64,000 nucleotides of DNA, from the NCBI GenBank assembly GCA_963669175.1, contig OY769902.1, positions 2,080,001-2,144,000 on the forward strand, written 5' to 3'. Numbering within the stretch: position 1 is the first letter of the stretch; every line of letters starts with the position of its first letter. The notes under the pieces are model-generated. The model did not search any database. It was not told the DNA's origin and saw nothing but the letters and a program-made list of their open reading frames with translations. The position numbers and the translations under genes were made by a program. Positions 18,451-32,905 of the stretch are shown piece by piece. The DNA comes from a bacterium. GTDB lineage: Bacteria > Electryoneota > Electryoneia > Electryoneales > Electryoneaceae.

Positions 18451-20682
18451 ATGATGTGTACTGAATTTCATGCTGCTATTGACCGATTCAGGCAGCAGGC
18501 ATTGGCATGGGTTACTCTCCTTATATCCATATCCACACTTCACGCCCATGGGCATTGGATTCCGGAGCATCCATCTCCTTCCGCAGGAAATTTCTATGGT
18601 TCCTGGGTATTCGAAAACGATGATGTTCTGCTGACCACAGGCGGAGGATTCTCCTGCCTGTATACCGCGGAATCGGATTCGTGGGAATATTCCTGGATTA
18701 CGGATAATGACGAAGTGGACCACCTCAAAGAGCTGCAAATGATCACTGGGCAGACTGGCTACGCGATCGGTTTCATCGATTGGTTTGAGAACATTCTCTA
18801 TCGGACTGACAATCGTGGCAGGAACTGGTCACATGTTACTACTTGTCCCCTGGAAAATGTCCGTGCATTCTATTTCCTGTCCTCGGATAGCGGTTTTGTC
18901 GGTGGTAACAACGCAGTCTATCGTACCCTTGATGGCGGCGAAAGCTGGACGCTCTGCCTTGCCGATTCCAACGTGACGGTTGATGATATTTTCTTCTTCA
19001 ATAACCAATCGGGATGGCTGACCAGTTCTGGCCGTGAAGGGGTGTACCATACAACGGATTTCGGTGCGACCTGGGAATTGCAGGATGTGACTGTCGAATG
19101 GCCTGAACATATACGCTTTTTTGCGGAAGAACGGGGAATACTTCAGAGCCGTTATGGTAGTCAGCAGACAACGAATGGTGGTGAGACCTGGATTCCATTT
19201 CTGCATAATAGTTTGAACCTCGAGTTGGTCGATTGGGTGCATACCGGCAATTTCAGCTTCGGCGCATCACCGGCAAACCACTATATACGTTCCTTCGACA
19301 ACGGAGAAACATGGGAGTATTCAAATAATCAGTATCCGGATTTTGAGTATCTTTATACCCAGACAGTTGGCGCAAATTCCAGCGGGAAAGTCGTGCTTGC
19401 CGGTGAACGCGGGTACTACGATGTCAGCCATGATTACGGGCATACCTTTTTTCCGGATAGCGGTTTAACCGATCAATCGCTCAGGATCATTGAAGTGCAG
19501 CCCACACATCGATACTGGGTTTCAGGCGCTTTGGGCGTAATTCTGACCAAGGATGGTGAAGAAGGAGCATGGCAGAGATATGAAGGGCTTTCCGACAGGG
19601 AAGGTGTCGGGATTCTTGATATAACTTTCAAGGATGAAAGCGATGGGTGGATTTGTATAAACGCTCCGTACCTGTTGAAAACTGAAGATGGTGGCGAAAC
19701 CTGGCAGGAGGTTGGGCTAGGTCTGGAAGAAAGTGATCATCCCTACGAACTACTAATCAAGAACAATCAGGATTACGTGGTGTTTTCTGCACAGGGCGTG
19801 ATCAAGGAATCCAGTGATGGAGGAGAATCCTGGTCTCTTATCAACGATAGTGGTCCTACCGCAGCAAACAAGAATCCTGTTGAATATGTTGATGATCAAA
19901 ATCTGTGGGTCGGTAGTGGGAGTTTGTATCATAGCAGTGATGGGGGAAGGCATTGGGAAGTCCGGTGGCAAGTGAATTGTCCAGAGGATGAAGGTTTACG
20001 TGTTTACGACATCTATTTCCGTGATTCCCAGACAGGATTTGCGATTATCAGCCATCTGATGGGCAATGGGAACGGAGATTTTGGAAGATCTAGAATTCTA
20101 TGGACTACGGATGGCGGTCAGACATGGAATGATGATCCCAATCGTGAATTCGGCAGTCCTTTGCATGAAATCGATTTTTTTGATGATACTCATGGAATTG
20201 CCGTAGGGGGGAATGGACATAGCTATTATACAGACAATGGCGGGGAATCCTGGAATTGGAAGTCAATGGGAACAGATATCTTCCTGTATTCGGTGAATTG
20301 TATTGATAGTGAGACGTGTTATGCAGTTGGTCAGCGAGGCGCTATCTACAAGCTTAATAATGTGATTACTGACATCGCTGAGGATGTTGTCAGCAGTTCA
20401 CTTCCAACCAGTCTGAACATAACAACCTACCCCAATCCCTTCAATCAATCCGTGATGATCACCTGTGACATTCCAGGCGCTTCCGACCTGGATATCCGTA
20501 TCTACAACCTCAATGGTCGGGAGGTGTGCAGGCTTACAACAGGCAAGGGAGCTCGGGGGATGAATCGGTTCTGCTGGGATGGTAAAGATTCCGCCGGCAA
20601 TCCTGTGAGTTCAGGTGTGTATTTTGTTGCGGTCAGGGATGGTACGCAGGTGAAGGCACAGAAAATTTTGCTGGTGAGGTAA
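18451..20682 (+). CDS. Secreted YCF48/BNR-repeat beta-propeller protein with FlgD/T9SS-type CTD
   Basis: Many T.DGG.TW repeats; YPNPFN...WDGKD..G..VSSGVYF...KILLVR. Confidence 0.8.
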   Translation: MMCTEFHAAIDRFRQQALAWVTLLISISTLHAHGHWIPEHPSPSAGNFYGSWVFENDDVLLTTGGGFSCLYTAESDSWEYSWITDNDEVDHLKELQMITGQTGYAIGFIDWFENILYRTDNRGRNWSHVTTCPLENVRAFYFLSSDSGFVGGNNAVYRTLDGGESWTLCLADSNVTVDDIFFFNNQSGWLTSSGREGVYHTTDFGATWELQDVTVEWPEHIRFFAEERGILQSRYGSQQTTNGGETWIPFLHNSLNLELVDWVHTGNFSFGASPANHYIRSFDNGETWEYSNNQYPDFEYLYTQTVGANSSGKVVLAGERGYYDVSHDYGHTFFPDSGLTDQSLRIIEVQPTHRYWVSGALGVILTKDGEEGAWQRYEGLSDREGVGILDITFKDESDGWICINAPYLLKTEDGGETWQEVGLGLEESDHPYELLIKNNQDYVVFSAQGVIKESSDGGESWSLINDSGPTAANKNPVEYVDDQNLWVGSGSLYHSSDGGRHWEVRWQVNCPEDEGLRVYDIYFRDSQTGFAIISHLMGNGNGDFGRSRILWTTDGGQTWNDDPNREFGSPLHEIDFFDDTHGIAVGGNGHSYYTDNGGESWNWKSMGTDIFLYSVNCIDSETCYAVGQRGAIYKLNNVITDIAEDVVSSSLPTSLNITTYPNPFNQSVMITCDIPGASDLDIRIYNLNGREVCRLTTGKGARGMNRFCWDGKDSAGNPVSSGVYFVAVRDGTQVKAQKILLVR

Positions 20683-20693
20683 TTGATTGATAG

Positions 20694-21872
20694 TCAGTTA
20701 CTTTCTGTAATTGCGTCCCACAAGTCGGGCAGTTGGAAGGGATTCATAATGCGGGTATCATGAACAGTGAAGGTCTGATCCCCGGAATACAGGATCAGAC
20801 CGGGCTGAACCTGATTCAGATTCAGCTTTCTGAACAGATCGATACCTTTCAGGAATTCCGTGGTAAAGGTCGCTCCGGACTTTATTTCCACTGGGTAAAG
20901 CTGTCCTTTTTCGCGAATCAGAACATCTACCTCAGAACCATTTGAATCCCGATAGAAAAACAGGTCAGGTCTGATACCACGGTTAAATGCGCCTTTCGCT
21001 ATCTCTGTAATAATCAGGTTTTCGAAAAGCTGTCCTCGAAGCGGATCACGTTGTGCCTGTTGGATCGTATGAATACCAAGTAATGACGCCACAAGGCCGG
21101 TATCTGTGAAGTATAACTTGGGGGATTTAATAACACGTTTCCCCACATTCTCAAAAAACGTCGGCAGCTCATACAGAATAAAGGACGCTTTTAATACGCT
21201 GATCCATTTTTTTATCGTCGTGCTGGAAACACCAGTATCATTCGACAGCGAGGTAAAGTTTACTACCTGTCCAACCCGTCCTGCCAACAGCATCAAGAAT
21301 CGCTGGAAAGTCGATAAATCCTGCACCTGCAAAAGGGATCGGACATCTCGTTCCGCATAGGTCTGTATATAACTGTTGAAGAAACGTCGCGCATCGAGGT
21401 TTTCCTGATGCAGGCGGGGGAAACAACCATTGACAATTAATTCAAAGGGATCAAGGTTCTCACTATAATGACGTAACTCCGGAAAAGAAAAGGGCCATAA
21501 ATTCAGGATCGCAGTTCTGCCAGCAAGAGACTGGCTGATTGCCTGATGCAATTCCGGCTGATGACTGCCAGTTAAAATGAATCGGTATGTAGAGTCTTTT
21601 TCATCCACAATTCCCTGGATGTAGGATAATAACAATGGAAACCGTTGAATCTCATCCAGGATACCACCGTTTTCAAACTGTTTCAGAAAACCACGTGGGT
21701 CCGCTTCAGCCGCCAGACGAATATCCGGAGCTTCCAGGGATGCGTAGTTCATCTCCGGAAATGTCATCCGGGCCAAAGTGGTCTTGCCGGATTGACGCGG
21801 GCCCAGGATGGTAACGACTGGATATTCCCGGGATGCGTGTACTAAAGATGCTGTAATGTCACGTGTTATCAT
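20694..21872 (-). CDS. AAA_14 ATPase with DUF4143 domain
   Basis: GPRQSGKTT Walker A, ILDEIQ Walker B, KSPKLYFTDTG, EVD...PVEIKSG. Confidence 0.9.
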   Translation of the reverse strand: MITRDITASLVHASREYPVVTILGPRQSGKTTLARMTFPEMNYASLEAPDIRLAAEADPRGFLKQFENGGILDEIQRFPLLLSYIQGIVDEKDSTYRFILTGSHQPELHQAISQSLAGRTAILNLWPFSFPELRHYSENLDPFELIVNGCFPRLHQENLDARRFFNSYIQTYAERDVRSLLQVQDLSTFQRFLMLLAGRVGQVVNFTSLSNDTGVSSTTIKKWISVLKASFILYELPTFFENVGKRVIKSPKLYFTDTGLVASLLGIHTIQQAQRDPLRGQLFENLIITEIAKGAFNRGIRPDLFFYRDSNGSEVDVLIREKGQLYPVEIKSGATFTTEFLKGIDLFRKLNLNQVQPGLILYSGDQTFTVHDTRIMNPFQLPDLWDAITESN

Positions 21873-22122
21873 GTCATAATGGTAAGTAAATTTATGTAAA
21901 TCCGCAAGTCGAGTTATCGATTTACATAAAATTCTCGATTCCTTGATATGGGGATTGTACCTCTCGCAAGAAGAATTGAATAGTAAGAAATGGCTTCTCC
22001 GTTGTGGATACCCGTCGAATCGCGTACCTTTTCTTCATGGATTGTGCGTCGCAAACTATTCTACTTTGCGAACGTACAACAGAAAAAGGGCAGTCCAGGT
22101 ACATTTTCGCGGGGAGGGAAAA

Positions 22123-22560
22123 ATGACTTGGTGGATGTGGGCTGTACTTGGGTTGATCTTCCTGATCGGTGAAATCCTGACACCGGGTGGGATCTTCATC
22201 ATTTTCTTCGCTGCCGGCGCCCTGGTGATGGGTGTGCTTGATCTCGCCGGAATTCATCTCGCACTCTGGTTGGAAATCGTACTGTTTTCCGTGCTATCCA
22301 TTGGATCACTCCTGTTATTCCGTAAACCCATCCTGCGACGTATGGAGAAGGGCGGTCCGGATCACGTGGTCGATTCTGCCGTAGGGCAGGAAGTGGTGGC
22401 GCAGGGGGAGATCCCGGCGAAAGGGCAGGGCCTGGTCGAGCATCGTGGCACACCGTGGAAAGCGATCAACACCAGTGAGGAAGCGATCGCGGACGGTGAA
22501 ATCTGCCTTGTGTCCAAAGAAGCTGGGCTGAAACTGGAAATTGTCAAGAAAACCCAGTAG
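22123..22560 (+). CDS. NfeD family membrane protein
   Basis: Hydrophobic N-terminus with E, G..W.A OB-fold; upstream of an SPFH gene; GGAGG RBS before ATG 22123. Confidence 0.85.
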   Translation: MTWWMWAVLGLIFLIGEILTPGGIFIIFFAAGALVMGVLDLAGIHLALWLEIVLFSVLSIGSLLLFRKPILRRMEKGGPDHVVDSAVGQEVVAQGEIPAKGQGLVEHRGTPWKAINTSEEAIADGEICLVSKEAGLKLEIVKKTQ

Positions 22561-22605
22561 GTTCGGGTGTTTCGTAAATATTCTTCCTGCGAAAGGGGGG
22601 GAATT

Positions 22606-23523
22606 ATGACGGGTGCATTGATTGTAAGCATTATTCTGCTGATCCTGCTGATCATTCTGGTTTTCAAGACAGCAGTGGTGATTCCGCAGCAGAATGCCTA
22701 TGTGATCGAACGGTTGGGCAAATATCACGGCACCTTGAATGCCGGTTTCCATATCCTGTTTCCGTTCTTCGATGTAATTCGCTACAAGCATTCGTTGAAG
22801 GAGCAGGCGCTGGATATTATGCCGCAGATCTGCATCACTCGTGATAATGTGCAGGTCGAAGTAGACGGTGTTCTTTATATGAAGGTGATGGACCCGGAAC
22901 GGGCGTCCTATGGCGTGAACAACTACACCTTTGCCATTACCCAATTGGCGCAGACGACCCTGCGTAGCGAATTCGGCAAGATCGAGCTGGACAAGAGCTT
23001 CGAAGAACGTTCCCAGATCAACGCCGCTGTCGTGCTGGAGTTGGACAAGGCTTCGGACCCCTGGGGGGTGAAGGTGTTCCGCTACGAGATCAAGAACATC
23101 AAGCCGCCGGAAGATATTCTTGCCGCGATGGAAAAACAGATGCGTGCGGAACGTGAAAAGCGCGCCACCATTCTTGCGTCGGAAGGTACACGCGACGCTG
23201 CGATCAATAACGCAGAAGGTGAAAAGCAGAAGGTGATCAAGCAGTCTGAAGCGGACAAACAGCGCCAGATCAACATGGCGGAAGGTGAAGCCCAGGCGAT
23301 TATCGCTGTGGCTGAAGCGACTGCACAGGGAATCCGTACCATCGCCGATTCGATCCAGCAACCGGGTGGTGAAACCGCTGTACAGCTTCGTGTAGCGGAA
23401 AACTATATCGAGGAATTTGGCAAACTGGCCAAGGTGAATAATACAGTCATCCTGCCGGCGAATTTGGGTGATATCGCTTCGATGATCACCACAGCGATGA
23501 CATTTATTAAAAAGGATGATTGA
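22606..23523 (+). CDS. SPFH/stomatin-like protein (QmcA/paraslipin type)
   Basis: ERLGKY, CITRDNV.V.VDG, LAQTTLRS, MEKQMRAEREKRA. Confidence 0.92.
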   Translation: MTGALIVSIILLILLIILVFKTAVVIPQQNAYVIERLGKYHGTLNAGFHILFPFFDVIRYKHSLKEQALDIMPQICITRDNVQVEVDGVLYMKVMDPERASYGVNNYTFAITQLAQTTLRSEFGKIELDKSFEERSQINAAVVLELDKASDPWGVKVFRYEIKNIKPPEDILAAMEKQMRAEREKRATILASEGTRDAAINNAEGEKQKVIKQSEADKQRQINMAEGEAQAIIAVAEATAQGIRTIADSIQQPGGETAVQLRVAENYIEEFGKLAKVNNTVILPANLGDIASMITTAMTFIKKDD

Positions 23524-23653
23524 CTTGCATCGTCCGGTCACCAGCAAAACGACAAGAGATTTGACATCACTGGTACTTGACCTCTATCAATGAAGTGAGT
23601 AGCGGTAGTCGCTACATTTCGGGAAGGGAGAAGGAAAACAGGGGATATTTGAT

Positions 23654-24244
23654 ATGCGAGGAATGCAGGAACGTATACGCCACAATGCTTTCTGGTATGG
23701 ATTACTGGTTTTTCTGCTGGTAGGCGGACTGCTGTTTGTCATATCCTGTGATGAAGAATCCAGTGTATCCGGTATTGATAACAGTGATGATGGCAGCGGC
23801 GACGACGATGATGATGACGGTGGCGGCACTACCGGCGCCCTGTGGGATGGCACATCCGCAAGCGGTTGGGAAGGAACAACACCTTCCATTAGTGGAAATA
23901 CAGTGTCCTTAGACGGTTCCGGCGTCCTGTATTTCACGGAAGAAATAGATATGTCAGGAATTAGCAGGGCCTACTTCCATGGGGATCTTGCCTTTCAATC
24001 TGACAATGATGTCCGGGCATTCAATCTTTGTGTGCTAGTCTATGGGACTTCGTTCAGTGGGCAATCGTGGGTTTATTATGACGAGTATTATGATATGGAG
24101 CCGGCATCGGATGTCACACACCTGGTATACTCATCCGATTGGGAGCATGAAGGTGAACAGATCGAATCAATCAAACTCAGGTTTGCAGGGGGCAATGAGA
24201 ACGAGCCGATACTTCTGACCTCTCCAAGAGTGATTGTACAATAG
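23654..24244 (+). CDS. Hypothetical lipoprotein
   Basis: Hydrophobic signal with VISC lipobox, then an Asp/Gly linker. Confidence 0.6.
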   Translation: MRGMQERIRHNAFWYGLLVFLLVGGLLFVISCDEESSVSGIDNSDDGSGDDDDDDGGGTTGALWDGTSASGWEGTTPSISGNTVSLDGSGVLYFTEEIDMSGISRAYFHGDLAFQSDNDVRAFNLCVLVYGTSFSGQSWVYYDEYYDMEPASDVTHLVYSSDWEHEGEQIESIKLRFAGGNENEPILLTSPRVIVQ

Positions 24245-24286
24245 ATACTTCATATTCTGCTCAATAAGATCGGTTATCTTGCACGC

Positions 24287-25147
24287 ATGAACTGGACAAA
24301 CCTGCACACGCACACGTGGTATAGTGACGGCTCGTCACACCCGCAAGAATACGTTAAGACTGCGCTTGAAAACCGGATGCAGGGGCTTGGCTTCAGCGAA
24401 CATGCCCCGCTTCCGTTTCCCAATGAGTGGGCTATCGAGGATGGCAGGATTGACGAGTACATCGAAGCCATTGCATTCCAGAAACAGGCCCACAGCCACG
24501 AACTCCCGATTTTCACCGGCCTTGAAATTGACTATGTACCGGATGTGATCTCACCACGTGACAAGCAATGGGACAAGTATAACCTGGATTACCGCATCGG
24601 GTCGGTTCATTTTGTTGACTATTTCGAGAATGGCGAACCCTGGAATATCGATGGGCCGCTGGTACTATTCGAATACGGCCTGAACAGCATTTTCGGGAAG
24701 TCCATTGAACAGGCGGTCGGTCGATACTATGAGTTGGTACGCGATATGGTTCGCAATCACTGCCCGGATATCCTTGGTCATATGGATGTGATGAAAAAGA
24801 ATAACGCGGGGGGAAAGTTCTTCTACGAGGATGAAGCCTGGTACAAGCGTGAGATTGAAGCTACGCTTGACGTAATCGCCCGGTCCGATGTCATTGTGGA
24901 AGTGAACCTCGGCGGCCTGATTCGTAAACGCTTCAACGACTTTTACCCCAGCCAGTGGATACTGGAACGTATGGTCAAGATGGATATTCCCATCACCATC
25001 AGTTCCGACGCCCACAAACCTCACCAGGTCATCAGCAAATTCGGCATGGCTGCGCGCACGTTGCAGGAAATCGGTTATCATGAGATTACCGTCCTGACCC
25101 CGCACGGCTGGCAACAGCAGGAACTCGGGGTGGTGACGCTGTATTGA
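24287..25147 (+). CDS. Histidinol-phosphatase, HisJ/PHP family
   Basis: NLHTHT..SDG, SEHAP, GLEIDY, IGSVH, GHMD, SDAH. Confidence 0.85.
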   Translation: MNWTNLHTHTWYSDGSSHPQEYVKTALENRMQGLGFSEHAPLPFPNEWAIEDGRIDEYIEAIAFQKQAHSHELPIFTGLEIDYVPDVISPRDKQWDKYNLDYRIGSVHFVDYFENGEPWNIDGPLVLFEYGLNSIFGKSIEQAVGRYYELVRDMVRNHCPDILGHMDVMKKNNAGGKFFYEDEAWYKREIEATLDVIARSDVIVEVNLGGLIRKRFNDFYPSQWILERMVKMDIPITISSDAHKPHQVISKFGMAARTLQEIGYHEITVLTPHGWQQQELGVVTLY

Positions 25148-25377
25148 ATTTGCTGATTTACGTTTCGATATGGACAAATCACCCACTGGATCTGGTGTCA
25201 GGTCTACTGTCTCGAAACCTTGTGTTGGGAACCCTTAGATATTACCTGTATATATGAGAGGTATAGAGAAATGATGATGCTATCGTAAGCAGCGAGTCTC
25301 CAGCGTGTCTCCTCGAGTGGAAAAAGGATTTGTAAATCTGTAAAAGACCCTTATATTTATCGGCTGCAAGAACGGAG

Positions 25378-25466
25378 CACACCTGCCCCCGTCAAATGGT
25401 TCGGGGGCCGTGTTTTTGGAACGGTTGCTGAAAGTGACAGCAACTTTAACTACGTCCGGAGGTGAG
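25378..25466 (+). promoter_or_regulatory. Putative S6:S18 autoregulatory mRNA leader
   Basis: CCTGCCCCCG...CGGGGGC hairpin upstream of the rpsF GGAGG, matching the position of the known rpsF leader. Confidence 0.45.
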
Positions 25467-25952
25467 ATGACGAGACGGTACGAAACCCTCGCCATGCTCG
25501 ACGCCACACAGAGCGACGAGAAGATCGATCAGATCATCGGCAAGATGGAAGAGATGATCAAGGGATCTGAAGGCGGGGAGATCCTCACGCTGGACCGCTG
25601 GGGTAAAAAGCGGTTGGCGTATGAGATCGAAAAGAAGCAGTTTGGTTATTACGTGCTCATTGAGTACATGGCCCCAGCGTCATTGCCAGGTGAACTGGAA
25701 CGCTATTGCCGCTATGAAGCCGGCGTGATGCGTCAACTGACCCTGGTCATTTCTGATCGTGTTCTGAAGTTGAAAGAGAAAGAACAGAAGATCAAGGCGG
25801 CCATGGAAGCGCGTCGTCGTGAAGCTGCAGAAAACCGTGACGAAGAGTTTGTCGAAGACATGCTCGAAGCGCGTGAGGGTGATGACGGCGAGGCTGAGGT
25901 TGAAGAAAAGGAATCTGTTAAGGCCGAAGCAAAGGCTGAGACAGAGGAATAG
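25467..25952 (+). CDS. rpsF: 30S ribosomal protein S6 with acidic C-terminal extension
   Basis: [16 protein letters not shown]...GYYV. Confidence 0.95.
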   Translation: MTRRYETLAMLDATQSDEKIDQIIGKMEEMIKGSEGGEILTLDRWGKKRLAYEIEKKQFGYYVLIEYMAPASLPGELERYCRYEAGVMRQLTLVISDRVLKLKEKEQKIKAAMEARRREAAENRDEEFVEDMLEAREGDDGEAEVEEKESVKAEAKAETEE

Positions 25953-25975
25953 TCCTGAGCACGAAGGAGAAACCC

Positions 25976-26200
25976 ATGTTGTCCATACGTCGCAAAGTAG
26001 ATCGTTTCCATGAGAACGGCATTCTTTGGATTGATTATAAGGACGTGAAACTGCTGAGCCGTTTCGTGACCGAAACCGGGAAGATCATTCCCCGCCGGAT
26101 CAGCGGCACGTGCGCGAAGAACCAGCGTATGCTGGTCCAAGCGATCAAGCGGGCGCGTTATATGGCGCTGCTGCCCTACGTGGCGGATAATCCGAGGTAG
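25976..26200 (+). CDS. rpsR: 30S ribosomal protein S18
   Basis: [23 protein letters not shown]...AIKRAR..ALLPY. Confidence 0.97.
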   Translation: MLSIRRKVDRFHENGILWIDYKDVKLLSRFVTETGKIIPRRISGTCAKNQRMLVQAIKRARYMALLPYVADNPR

Positions 26201-26272
26201 TTGAAGCAAGCGCGGGGTCGTTGCCGGTTCACACATGTGAATTTACCGGTAACGCAGTACCGGAGGTGTAAG

Positions 26273-26926
26273 ATGAAAGTCATTTTGCGTGAAACATATG
26301 AAAACCTGGGCGAAGTTGGTGACCAGGTTGAAGTAGCCCCCGGGTATGCACGGAACTACCTGCTGCCACAGGGGATCGCCTACCCGGCGAGCCGGTTCTA
26401 TCTCAAGTTGTTTGAAGCCGAACGAGCTGACCTGTTGCAGCGGGACGCACTTGCGCGTGCGCGTGCCCAGGAAACAGCGGGCAAGGCTGCTGGTGTAGAA
26501 CTGGAATACATCGTGAAGATCAACGAACGTGGCCAGATGCATGGCGCCATCACCAATGTCGATGTGGCGAAAGATCTCGCTGACAAAGGCATTGAAGTGG
26601 ACCGTCGCAAAATCGGGTTGCGTGAACCGATCAAGAAGATTGGTACTTTTACCATTCCAGTGAAGCTTCATGGCGAAGTTGGTTTCTCGGTCCAGATCAA
26701 TGTGGTTCCGGAAGAAGTGCCGGAAGATGAATTGACGGATGAGGAGATCGCGGAACGTCAGGCTGAAGCGGAAGCATCGATCGAAGTGAGTGACACAGAC
26801 AGTGTCATGGTAGCTGAAGAAGTGGAAGCTCCGGGCGAACCGGTAGAAGTGGTTGAGATGGTGGAAGCGGTGTCCTCGTCGGCAGATGACGATGAGAATA
26901 CTGAAGAGTCTGAAGAAGAGAAGTAG
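26273..26926 (+). CDS. rplI: 50S ribosomal protein L9 with acidic C-terminal extension
   Basis: MKVIL, LG..GD.VEVAPGYARNYLLPQG, IK.IG...V.LH. Confidence 0.95.
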   Translation: MKVILRETYENLGEVGDQVEVAPGYARNYLLPQGIAYPASRFYLKLFEAERADLLQRDALARARAQETAGKAAGVELEYIVKINERGQMHGAITNVDVAKDLADKGIEVDRRKIGLREPIKKIGTFTIPVKLHGEVGFSVQINVVPEEVPEDELTDEEIAERQAEAEASIEVSDTDSVMVAEEVEAPGEPVEVVEMVEAVSSSADDDENTEESEEEK

Positions 26927-26984
26927 GACTCGACTGGTTCCGTGAAGCTGGCGTGGTTGTTGGCTTTGCGGAGAGGGCTCCAGG

Positions 26985-27325
26985 AAAAAGCTCTCAAGGT
27001 ATTGACTTCTTATTCTGATCTTTTTACCATTGGTGTCACAGCGGGCTGCCTGGTGCAGTATTAGGCAGCTGGCTTTTTTTAGGGCTCTTTTAACAAGTTT
27101 CAAATAGCCGACTCACACGGTTCTAAGAAAGTGCTCAAGTGCCTCTTGACAGACGGGGTGATTGAGTGTTACCCTCAGGGTCTACAGGGGCTGCCTGGTG
27201 CAGTAATAAGGCGGTCCATTTTTTAGGGCTGATTTGACAGGCTGAAGAGAACGGGAAACAGAGTCCTAAGAGAAAGTGCTCGAATGCCTCTTGACAAGAG
27301 GGGTTGCAGAGCGGTATCATCGGGG
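26985..27325 (+). promoter_or_regulatory. Three tandem sigma70-like rRNA promoters
   Basis: TTGACT-17-TACCAT (27002/27025), TTGACA-18-TACCCT (27146/27170), TTGACA-18-TATCAT (27291/27315). Confidence 0.65.
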
Positions 27326-27408
27326 ACGCGCAACGAAACGGTTAGATGTTTAAGCAGGTCGTTTCTGACCGGATTGAGTTGCGAGTTTTTTTTCTTCATT
27401 TTTGAGAT

Positions 27409-27422
27409 TGATCTTTGACAAG
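27409..27422 (+). promoter_or_regulatory. boxA antitermination site (similar site at ~29434 in the spacer)
   Basis: TGATCTTTGACAA and TGTTCTTTGACAA compared with consensus TGCTCTTTAACA. Confidence 0.6.
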
Positions 27423-27501
27423 CGTACATGTCGACGTGCGGGTGACTAACCATTACACTCCGTGGTGGTATAGTCATCAAACATAAGTGTGTCAATTCTA
27501 G

Positions 27502-29027
<1,526 letters not shown>

Positions 29028-29205
29028 CTAAGGAGCAGGCATACCTGACTGCGATATGTAGGATGATTTGGAGCGACACTGCCGAATCACGAAACACATT
29101 GCACTGATATAGTCAGGAGTTCACTGCCGAAGGTCGAAATGCACTAAGACATGTACGCTTTTTAAGTCTATTAAAATCCCGGCCCTCGGGGCCGGGATTT
29201 TGGTT

Positions 29206-29279
<74 letters not shown>

Positions 29280-29353
29280 CCTCATGTGGGGCGGGCAGGG
29301 CAGTTCGAGTCCGCTTTCACGCTGGGAATGTAAGGCCGACCGCTTACCACACT

Positions 29354-29426
29354 GGGGCGTTAGCTCAGTTGGGAGAGCGCCGGCTTTGCAAGCCGGAGGT
29401 CGCCGGTTCGAGACCGGCACGCTCCA
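29354..29426 (+). tRNA. tRNA-Ala (UGC)
   Basis: GGGGCGTTAGCTCAG...TTTGCAA...GTTCGAGACC...CGCTCCA. Confidence 0.97.
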
Positions 29427-29578
29427 CGAAATTTGTTCTTTGACAAGCGAGTCGTCAAGGTCACGGACACGGGTATACCATTCGATTGGTATGCACCGAG
29501 TCAGTACGTAAAAGAAAGAGTACAAGAGTTCTAGAAGCACCATCTGTCCTTGTTTGTGATCGGTAAAAAGCAAGTTTT

Positions 29579-32530
<2,952 letters not shown>

Positions 32531-32667
32531 ATTCTGTTTTTTCTCGATCACAAGCAAGAACAGATGAAGCACTGGAAGTTGTAGAAATTTTGTACCACCG
32601 TTGTATCTTGACGACCGCTTGAAATTTTTAGCTGGCTGTACGCTTTGCGTCAGTCCGCGATAAAGTT

Positions 32668-32786
32668 TCTTCGGCAGCCATAGCGTAGAGGAAACACCTC
32701 TTCCCATTCCGAACAGAGTAGTTAAGCTCTACCGCGCCGATGGTACTGCTTGGGCCACCTTGTGGGAGAGTAGGTCGCTGCCGAGG
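32668..32786 (+). rRNA. rrf: 5S rRNA
   Basis: CCCATTCCGAAAC-like CCCATTCCGAAC, GTTAAGC, GCCGATGGTACT, GGGAGAGTAGG. Confidence 0.95.
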
Positions 32787-32797
32787 TTTTTTGATGG

Positions 32798-32830
32798 AGC
32801 CCCATAGCGCTTTGCGCTATGGGGTTTTTG
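32798..32830 (+). terminator. rRNA operon terminator
   Basis: CCCCATAGCGC-TTT-GCGCTATGGGG-TTTTT. Confidence 0.8.
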
Positions 32831-32905
32831 CATTTGTCTGGGAAATATTGTTGTAGAATGAAACCAAAATCATTAGTTTAGAAATAACAAGAAAAGGAGG
32901 GTTGT

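Noticed and set aside
22315-23547. 410-aa antisense ORF (likewise 45775-46806, 26243-27103, 48344-49174, 59329-60147)
   Set aside because: Antisense shadows of well-supported genes
29283-29352. tRNA-like remnant between tRNA-Ile and tRNA-Ala (contains GTTCGAGTCC)
   Set aside because: No cloverleaf can be built; more likely an ordinary spacer stem
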